A DNA stretch of 64,000 nucleotides from a virus. Taxonomy: Duplodnaviria > Caudoviricetes. Below are positions 57,845 to 64,000 of this stretch, piece by piece (the stretch's first letter is position 1; the number at the start of each line of letters is the position of its first letter). Location of the stretch: positions 1 to 64,000 of IMG/VR virus record IMGVR_UViG_3300020576_006967; one strand, given 5' to 3'. A program made the translations under genes and the position numbers. Below the pieces are notes generated by a model, which saw nothing but the letters and a program-made list of their open reading frames with translations, was not told where the DNA came from and ran no database searches.

Positions 57845-58657
57845 ATGTTTAAAATAGTTTTAATATCAGATACTCACAATAAGCATAGGAACATTTATGT
57901 TCTTAAACCTGAAGACTCTTTGCAAAACATGGATGTCTTATACAATATAAGTGGAAATTCTTTTATGCCAGCTGAAGCTGACATGATTATTCATGCTGGC
58001 GATATGAGTAACATGGGCTATGAAACAGAGGTTGAGGATTTTTTAAAATGGTTCAGCGAACTGCCATATAAATACAAAATTTTAATTGCTGGTAATCACG
58101 ATTGGTTATTTGAACTACAAAGAGGTATTGCTAAAGATATGTTGAAAAAATATCCTAACATTATTTATTTAGAAAATGATTTTGTAGAGATTGATATGAA
58201 TGAGGGTTTTGCCTCTCTTGCAAATTCTGGAGAAGAAGGTTCTACAATTGTTCCGTCTAATAAATTAAAAATTTGGGGCTCACCAATAACCCCATGGTTT
58301 CACTCGTGGGCCTTCAATAAAATTAGAGGTGATGAAATTAATAGGTATTGGGCGCATATACCAGATGATATTGATATCTTGGTGACGCACGGACCGCCAC
58401 ATGGAATTCTTGACATGGTTCTTGAAGGTTCTGAAAAGGGTTGTGAAATGCTTATGGAAAGAATAAAACAAATCAAACCGAAACTACACGTTTTTGGCCA
58501 TATTCATGAAGCTGCTGGACACGAAGAAAAAGATGAAATACATTTTGTCAATGCATCTTTGGTTAATGTGAGAATGCAATTAATGCATAAACCTACAATT
58601 TTTGAAGTGGATGAAAATAAAAATTTTACACGAATACCAAACGAAATACCAAAATAA
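57845..58657 (+). CDS. metallophosphoesterase
   Basis: ISDTH, HAGD, AGNHD, THGPP, FGHIHE. Confidence 0.9.
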   Translation: MFKIVLISDTHNKHRNIYVLKPEDSLQNMDVLYNISGNSFMPAEADMIIHAGDMSNMGYETEVEDFLKWFSELPYKYKILIAGNHDWLFELQRGIAKDMLKKYPNIIYLENDFVEIDMNEGFASLANSGEEGSTIVPSNKLKIWGSPITPWFHSWAFNKIRGDEINRYWAHIPDDIDILVTHGPPHGILDMVLEGSEKGCEMLMERIKQIKPKLHVFGHIHEAAGHEEKDEIHFVNASLVNVRMQLMHKPTIFEVDENKNFTRIPNEIPK

Positions 58658-58661
58658 AAAA

Positions 58662-59027
58662 ATGGAAACAATAGAAAAAACACTGCCAGCGATAAAAACA
58701 GAAATAACATTTGATGAATACATGAAGCTAGATATTCGTTTGTGTCTTATTACCTCAGTAGAAAAAATAGAAGGAAAAGATAAGTTGTATAAATTTGAAA
58801 TAAATACAGGAGTGGATAAAAGAGTTGTTGTAAGCGCAATAGCTCATCAAATTTCTGCTGATAAGCTTAAGTGGCGAACAATTCCATTTGTTTTAAACTT
58901 GGTGCCAAGAAAAATTGCTGGTATAGAATCGCAAGGTATGATAGTTATGGCAGAGGGTCTTGATGGTAACTATATTCAATTAGAATCATCAGTTGGCGCT
59001 AATGGCTTAGGAGCAAACGTTATATAA
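58662..59027 (+). CDS. tRNA-binding OB-fold protein (Trbp111/CsaA/MetRS-C type)
   Basis: KLDIR, DKLY, NLVPRKIAGIESQGM. Confidence 0.85.
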   Translation: METIEKTLPAIKTEITFDEYMKLDIRLCLITSVEKIEGKDKLYKFEINTGVDKRVVVSAIAHQISADKLKWRTIPFVLNLVPRKIAGIESQGMIVMAEGLDGNYIQLESSVGANGLGANVI

Positions 59028-59028
59028 T

Positions 59029-59370
59029 ATGAAGACTTGGCATAAAGAAGCGATAGTGGTTGGATTAGTTTTATTTATTCAATTATTTTTTACTCAGTTT
59101 AAATTAACTGAAGTGATTTGCTCTTTTGCTGTGTATTATACTTTCTTACATGCTCAAGTAGCAGATAGGATGCAAGAGAGACAAGCTTTGCAAGTAAAAC
59201 CAGATGTGGAGTGTTACAAGAAATCAAATATTTATTTCATGGCAAAAGAAGCATTGTGGATAACATTTTTTTTAATGACAAGTTCATATGCGGCATTGTC
59301 TGGGGCAATATTATTTTTTCTTTACCCAGTGTGGCGTAGATATTATAGAAAATTAAAACCAATTTTATAA
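59029..59370 (+). CDS. membrane protein
   Basis: hydrophobic segments. Confidence 0.55.
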   Translation: MKTWHKEAIVVGLVLFIQLFFTQFKLTEVICSFAVYYTFLHAQVADRMQERQALQVKPDVECYKKSNIYFMAKEALWITFFLMTSSYAALSGAILFFLYPVWRRYYRKLKPIL

Positions 59371-59599
59371 TGAAAGACGCAATAATTTCAATATTGGGTA
59401 AAAATCATAAGCACCCAATTCAATTTGATGAAGTTTTAAGTCATTCTGAAATATATGGGCTTTATACCTACAAAGGTAGTGTGCGTGTGATTAGAGAAGG
59501 AATGGATATTAATTTTGACGTACTTCTTCCAGAAGAACAAAATAAAGTTGTAAAGTTGGTAGAGTCTAAAAAATGGTCAGTTAACAAAGCATTGCAATA

Positions 59600-60607
59600 A
59601 TGGAAAAAGAAGAAAAAATAAAAGATAGATTTCTTGGGGCCTTAGTTGGTTTAGCTGTTGGAGATGCCATTGGTGGCACATATGAATTCATGGCTTATAA
59701 ACTTATTAAAGACAAACCACTTACAGATATGATTGGTGGTGGTGTTCATAATTTAAAACCAGGAGAATGGACAGATGATACCACAATGGCGTTGTGTTTG
59801 GCAGAAAGCTTTATTGAACACAAAGGTTTTAACGCAGTTGATCAAATGGAGAGATATTTAAAGTGGTATCGTCAAGGTTACAATAGTGTGAAGGGATATT
59901 GTTTTGATATTGGTGGAGCTACCAGGACTGCAATTGAATTTTTTGAACAAACTGGAAATCCTTATTATCACGATGAGTTTGCTGGTGGTAATGGTGCCAT
60001 AATGAGACTTGCACCAGTGCCAATGTTTTATTTTGGAGACACAAAAAAGGTTATTGAAATGTGTGCTGAGAATTCTAAAATGACACATGATTCAAATGAT
60101 TCTATAAGTGCGTGTATGGTGCAGGGTGCTATTATGGATGCTTGCTTTAGTGGTAAAACAAAAGAAGAAGTTGTTTTACCTTTTGCTTGGCCATTTGAAG
60201 TTTCTGAATTACATTTTAAATCAAAAGCAATTACTGAAGCAAATTATACAAATAAAACTCCTCCAGGTGAAGAAATTCATAAATCATACGAAGGTTTAAG
60301 TGCAGCTGTTGGATATGTGTCAGGTGGCGCTCATGCCCCAGACACATTGGAAGCTGCAATGTGGGGATTTGCAAATAACACAGACTTTAGAAGTGCTGTT
60401 CTTGCAACTGTAAATCTTGGAGGTGATGCAGATACAACTGGTGCTGTGTGTGGACAGATTGCTGGCGCATTTTATGGCTTATCAGGAATACCAGAAGAGT
60501 GGGTAAATAAAGTTGTTGATATTGAACGAATTAAAAATTACGCAGAAAAACTATACGAAATAAACAAAAAAAATCGAAATCCAGACGATATAAATTTGGA
60601 AAATTAA
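59600..60607 (+). CDS. ADP-ribosylglycohydrolase
   Basis: GLAVGDAIG, WTDDT, GNGAIMR, GGDADTTGAV. Confidence 0.93.
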   Translation: MEKEEKIKDRFLGALVGLAVGDAIGGTYEFMAYKLIKDKPLTDMIGGGVHNLKPGEWTDDTTMALCLAESFIEHKGFNAVDQMERYLKWYRQGYNSVKGYCFDIGGATRTAIEFFEQTGNPYYHDEFAGGNGAIMRLAPVPMFYFGDTKKVIEMCAENSKMTHDSNDSISACMVQGAIMDACFSGKTKEEVVLPFAWPFEVSELHFKSKAITEANYTNKTPPGEEIHKSYEGLSAAVGYVSGGAHAPDTLEAAMWGFANNTDFRSAVLATVNLGGDADTTGAVCGQIAGAFYGLSGIPEEWVNKVVDIERIKNYAEKLYEINKKNRNPDDINLEN

Positions 60608-60630
60608 AAAACAATAAGTAAATTTGAATT

Positions 60631-61029
60631 ATGGAAACAATCGGAATCTTAAAACTAGTAAATGCTACTCAAAGAGTAAGCGACAAATTTCAAAAAAGAG
60701 AATTTGTATTAACAACAGAGGCTAACACGCCCTACCCACAACATGTACAATTTCAAGTAACACAAGACAAATGTGCTGTTCTTGATTCTTACAGAGTTGG
60801 AGAGGAAGTGAAAATTCAATTCAATCTGCGTGGCAGAGAGTGGAATGGTCCAGAAGGTGTAAAGTATTTTAACACGCTTGAAGCTTGGAGAATTGAAAGA
60901 GTTGGAGCTGCAACAGCACAATCTTCAGCGCCAGCGGCGACAACAAGTCAAGCGCCAGTAGCAACGACACAACAGTCTGCGCCAGTGTTTACTTCTAATC
61001 CATCGGACAACGACGATTTACCCTTTTAA
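60631..61029 (+). CDS. DUF3127 family (SSB-like) protein
   Basis: FQKREFV, FNLRGREW, YFNTLEAWRIE, acidic DDLPF tail. Confidence 0.85.
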   Translation: METIGILKLVNATQRVSDKFQKREFVLTTEANTPYPQHVQFQVTQDKCAVLDSYRVGEEVKIQFNLRGREWNGPEGVKYFNTLEAWRIERVGAATAQSSAPAATTSQAPVATTQQSAPVFTSNPSDNDDLPF

Positions 61030-61030
61030 G

Positions 61031-61526
61031 GTGGAAGTAAATTACGGAAAATACACTTTCTTTTGGAAAAACAAAAGCCCGTTTAGTCAGTGGAACCGAG
61101 TTGGTTTCACTCTAAACGGGCATTTTTTCAAAACAGCTGAACACTGGATGATGTATCGAAAAGCAATGTTGTTTGGAGATATTGAAAGTGCTAAAAAAGT
61201 TTTAGCAACTGAAAGCCCTGCTGATGTAAAAAAAATTGGAAGAGAAGTAAAAGGTTTTGTAAAAGATCTTTGGGAACTAAATTGCAAAGAAATTGTCTAC
61301 AAAGGTAACCATGCAAAGTTCACTCAAAATCCTGATATTCTAAAAGTATTAATGGACACTGGTGATACAATTCTTGTAGAGGCTAGTCCATACGATGCAG
61401 TATGGGGGAATTGGTTTAGATGAAGAAAATGCAAAAAAAACAAATCCAAAAGATTGGCCTGGCACAAACTACCTAGGGGAAGTATTGACAAAATTAAGAA
61501 TTGATCTTAAAACAAAGGCGGCATGA
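61031..61526 (+). pseudogene. NADAR (YbiA-like) protein with a frameshift in a G5 run at 61404-61408
   Basis: TAEHWMM, KFTQN, VEASPYDAVWG; deleting one G restores IGLD...WPGTNYLGEVL to TGA 61526. Confidence 0.85.
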
Positions 61527-61843
61527 AAAATCAAAACAACACAACAATAGCCGAATATATGGGTGCCACTTTTTACGAAGGTGTTTGGAGAGTAGATTCT
61601 TCTAAATGCTCTGTAGCACACATATTAGATAATTGTCAAGATGATGAACTTAAATTTGATTCTAGCTGGGACTGGCTTATGCCAGTTGTAGAAAAATTAG
61701 AGTCAGAAGGTTATGAAATGGATATATGTGAAAATTTTGTTGAGGTTAGTTATGGCCCAGACGAAACTTACGTTGGAGATTTTGTAGAAAAAACTAAATT
61801 TAAAGCTGTTCTTGCAGCTTGTGTAAAAATTATAAACGGATAA
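61523..61843 (+). CDS. hypothetical phage protein
   Basis: FDSSWDWLMPVVEKLE. Confidence 0.6.
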   Translation: MKNQNNTTIAEYMGATFYEGVWRVDSSKCSVAHILDNCQDDELKFDSSWDWLMPVVEKLESEGYEMDICENFVEVSYGPDETYVGDFVEKTKFKAVLAACVKIING

Positions 61844-61844
61844 T

Positions 61845-62423
61845 ATGTACTTATTTTTTGATACAGAAACAAATGGCAAAGCATTAAATTTTAATGCCCC
61901 AGTAACAGATCTTAACAATTGGCCTAGAGTAACTCAACTTGGTTGGCAATTATATGACAAGGATGAGAAATTAGTTAGTGAACAAAGTTTATTAATTAAA
62001 CCAGATGGTTGGGAAGTTCCAAAAACAGAATTTTTCATTGAGAACAATATGTCCACAGAAAGATGCGAAGAATTTGGAATACCACTTTCAGAGGCAGTAG
62101 AACTTTTATTGAAGGATATGGAGCAGAGTGAATATCTAATTGCGCACAACATGTCGTTTGATCAAAACGTTATTGGTGCAGAATTTATTAGATTAAATGT
62201 TGCTCCCAAAAAAGAATTAAAAAAGTTTTGTACCATGAAAGAAAGTACAAACATTTGTAGGATACCAAGCTTTAGAGGGTACAAATGGCCGACTTTAACA
62301 GAATTGCACACACATTTGTTCAATAAAGGATTTGAAGGCGCTCACGATGCACTAGATGACGTTAAGGCGTGTGCAAACTCATTCTTTGAGATGAAAAAAA
62401 GAGAATTAATTTTAAATAGCTAA
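61845..62423 (+). CDS. DEDDh 3'-5' exonuclease
   Basis: FDTETNG, AHNMSFD, AHDALDD. Confidence 0.9.
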   Translation: MYLFFDTETNGKALNFNAPVTDLNNWPRVTQLGWQLYDKDEKLVSEQSLLIKPDGWEVPKTEFFIENNMSTERCEEFGIPLSEAVELLLKDMEQSEYLIAHNMSFDQNVIGAEFIRLNVAPKKELKKFCTMKESTNICRIPSFRGYKWPTLTELHTHLFNKGFEGAHDALDDVKACANSFFEMKKRELILNS

Positions 62424-62429
62424 AAATTT

Positions 62430-63317
62430 ATGTTAAATTTGCCACACGCAATGCTAGCTGCCCTTGAAGGGAAGAACACAATACTTGTTGTAGGTGTTGG
62501 TGGCGGTAGCGATATTCTTGCTGGCATACCTTTATATTATTCTCTTACGAAAAGCGGGAAAAAAGTTCATCTTGCAAATCTGACACACACAGATTTAAAA
62601 ACAATAAATGAATTTGCAGATCCTATTGTATTAGGGCCATCTTTATATGGTGCCACTTCACAAATAAAAATACCATCTACAAATTATGTAGAAGGTTATT
62701 TGTCACAATTTTTCAAGGCTTCAACAAATCAAGAAGTTATTGTTTGGATGTTTGAAAGAACTGCTGTTCCAATTATGAAAAAAGCATACGAGCGTCTTAT
62801 TGAGCATCTTAAAATAGATGCTATAGTACTTGTAGATGGCGGCGTAGATTCAATTATGCATGGAAATGAAGAAGGTGTTACAAATAAGTTTATTGACAAT
62901 GTTTTGACACTAAAAACATTTCAAGAAATGCCTGAACTTAATGGAAAAGTTTTTTCGTTAGTATATCATGACAACACAAAAGATATATCAAAAAATTTAA
63001 GTTTATTATCGCTCCAGGGTGGGTTTTATGGAGGGTGTTATTTATTAAATTTTATGAAAAGTTATCAAGTTCTTAAAAAGGCATATGGTTATATAAAAAA
63101 CAACAATGAAATTTTTAGTGTTGATAGAATGATTAAGATAATTGAAAGCGATTTTGAAGAAGATGAAGAAAAAATATCTCCGATGCAATGTTTATTTTTT
63201 AATACAGAGGCTTTAATTTATAATAACAAAGTAATACCAAAAATATTAGAAGATATGTCTTATTTTGATATTACACAACTTGTAATTCCAATAATCAAGA
63301 GACATACTGCCATTTAA
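62430..63317 (+). CDS. DUF1152-like protein
   Basis: GVGGGSD, LVDGGVDS. Confidence 0.7.
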   Translation: MLNLPHAMLAALEGKNTILVVGVGGGSDILAGIPLYYSLTKSGKKVHLANLTHTDLKTINEFADPIVLGPSLYGATSQIKIPSTNYVEGYLSQFFKASTNQEVIVWMFERTAVPIMKKAYERLIEHLKIDAIVLVDGGVDSIMHGNEEGVTNKFIDNVLTLKTFQEMPELNGKVFSLVYHDNTKDISKNLSLLSLQGGFYGGCYLLNFMKSYQVLKKAYGYIKNNNEIFSVDRMIKIIESDFEEDEEKISPMQCLFFNTEALIYNNKVIPKILEDMSYFDITQLVIPIIKRHTAI

Positions 63318-63963
63318 TACCAACTCTCATTGTTAAATTTCTTAATACCGAGCTTCTAATTGTTCCTTCTTTTAGATTTGTTTTTCTTGCTGCTTCTGCT
63401 AGGGTGTCAAATTCAATAATTTCCCCTGTTTTTATTATTGTTCCAGTTATTTTTTTACCATTCTTATTCTTCTTTGCGTGACTTATTCTTAGGCACGTTT
63501 CTTTGCTTTTAATATGGCCTTTTAATTTTTTACTAATTTTTTTTCTTATTTCTATTGATATAACTTGTCCTTTTAATCTTTGACTGATTTTGTTTTTTGT
63601 TTCTTCAGATAAACTTTTACCAAAATTTGGATTAAGACACCCTTTTAAAACTGGTGGATTTTCACCACATGGCATAATGTTATAAAGTTTAAACCCCCAA
63701 GCTCTAAATAAATCTATATAGTGTGTTTCCCAAAAACACCACTCAGAAAAAGGTACAATATCAACAAACTCAATAATTGGGCGTTTATTAATTTTAAACA
63801 ATTTTTTAATCCAATTGTTTTTTCTATTAACAGAAGAAAATCTATCACAAACATGTTGAGTCAATCTTTTTTTCATACCAACTGATTCACGTGTGACTCC
63901 AATATATTTAACCTCATTATTTAATGGGCATGTTAAACTATATATAATTATATTTTTATTCAC
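63295..63963 (-). CDS. GIY-YIG homing endonuclease with NUMOD3/NUMOD1-like motifs
   Basis: IIYSL...KYIGVT, NPNFGKSLSEETKNKIS, FDTLAEAAR. Confidence 0.85.
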   Translation of the reverse strand: MNKNIIIYSLTCPLNNEVKYIGVTRESVGMKKRLTQHVCDRFSSVNRKNNWIKKLFKINKRPIIEFVDIVPFSEWCFWETHYIDLFRAWGFKLYNIMPCGENPPVLKGCLNPNFGKSLSEETKNKISQRLKGQVISIEIRKKISKKLKGHIKSKETCLRISHAKKNKNGKKITGTIIKTGEIIEFDTLAEAARKTNLKEGTIRSSVLRNLTMRVGIKWQYVS

Positions 63964-64000
63964 AACTCAAATCCTTCATTATAAGTTCTCTTATATAAGT

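Noticed and set aside
1-64000. Stop-codon reassignment
   Set aside because: Recognisable genes are full length in code 11; the gltX and NADAR breaks are frame changes, and no canonical suppressor tRNA was seen.
1-64000. CRISPR array
   Set aside because: No regularly spaced direct repeats seen.

Overview
AT-rich, densely coding, almost entirely + strand segment of what is most likely a large (jumbo) phage infecting a Bacteroidota host. Support: TAnnTTTG promoters, no Shine-Dalgarno sites, Bacteroidota-type ClpP, GluRS and DUF3127, many short orphan ORFs and free-standing homing endonucleases. The first 8 kb hold two tRNA arrays, each directly behind a short leader peptide with an antiterminator and an intrinsic terminator. 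The Leu/Arg/Phe/Val-rich leader (747-854) precedes the Phe/Val/Leu/Arg array, and the Gln6 leader (6692-6769) precedes the Gln array and a GatB/YqeY-domain gene. This looks like ribosome-mediated attenuation that senses depletion of specific charged tRNAs and switches on the matching phage tRNAs, and it is the main candidate for an undescribed system. The arrays also contain several non-canonical tRNA-scaffold RNAs and other structured ncRNAs. The rest of the window encodes RNA-repair, translation-rescue and ADP-ribose-reversal enzymes (RtcB, RNA ligase, two PNK-type proteins, Tpt1, Pth2, GluRS, YqeY, two ARH, NADAR), a TerY-P-like vWA/PP2C/kinase cluster and a cargo-carrying IS1595 element with TIRs and an 8-bp TSD. 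Ten copies of an ECF-sigma-like promoter occur across the window. All calls come from manual reading and motif recognition; no searches or folding programs were run.
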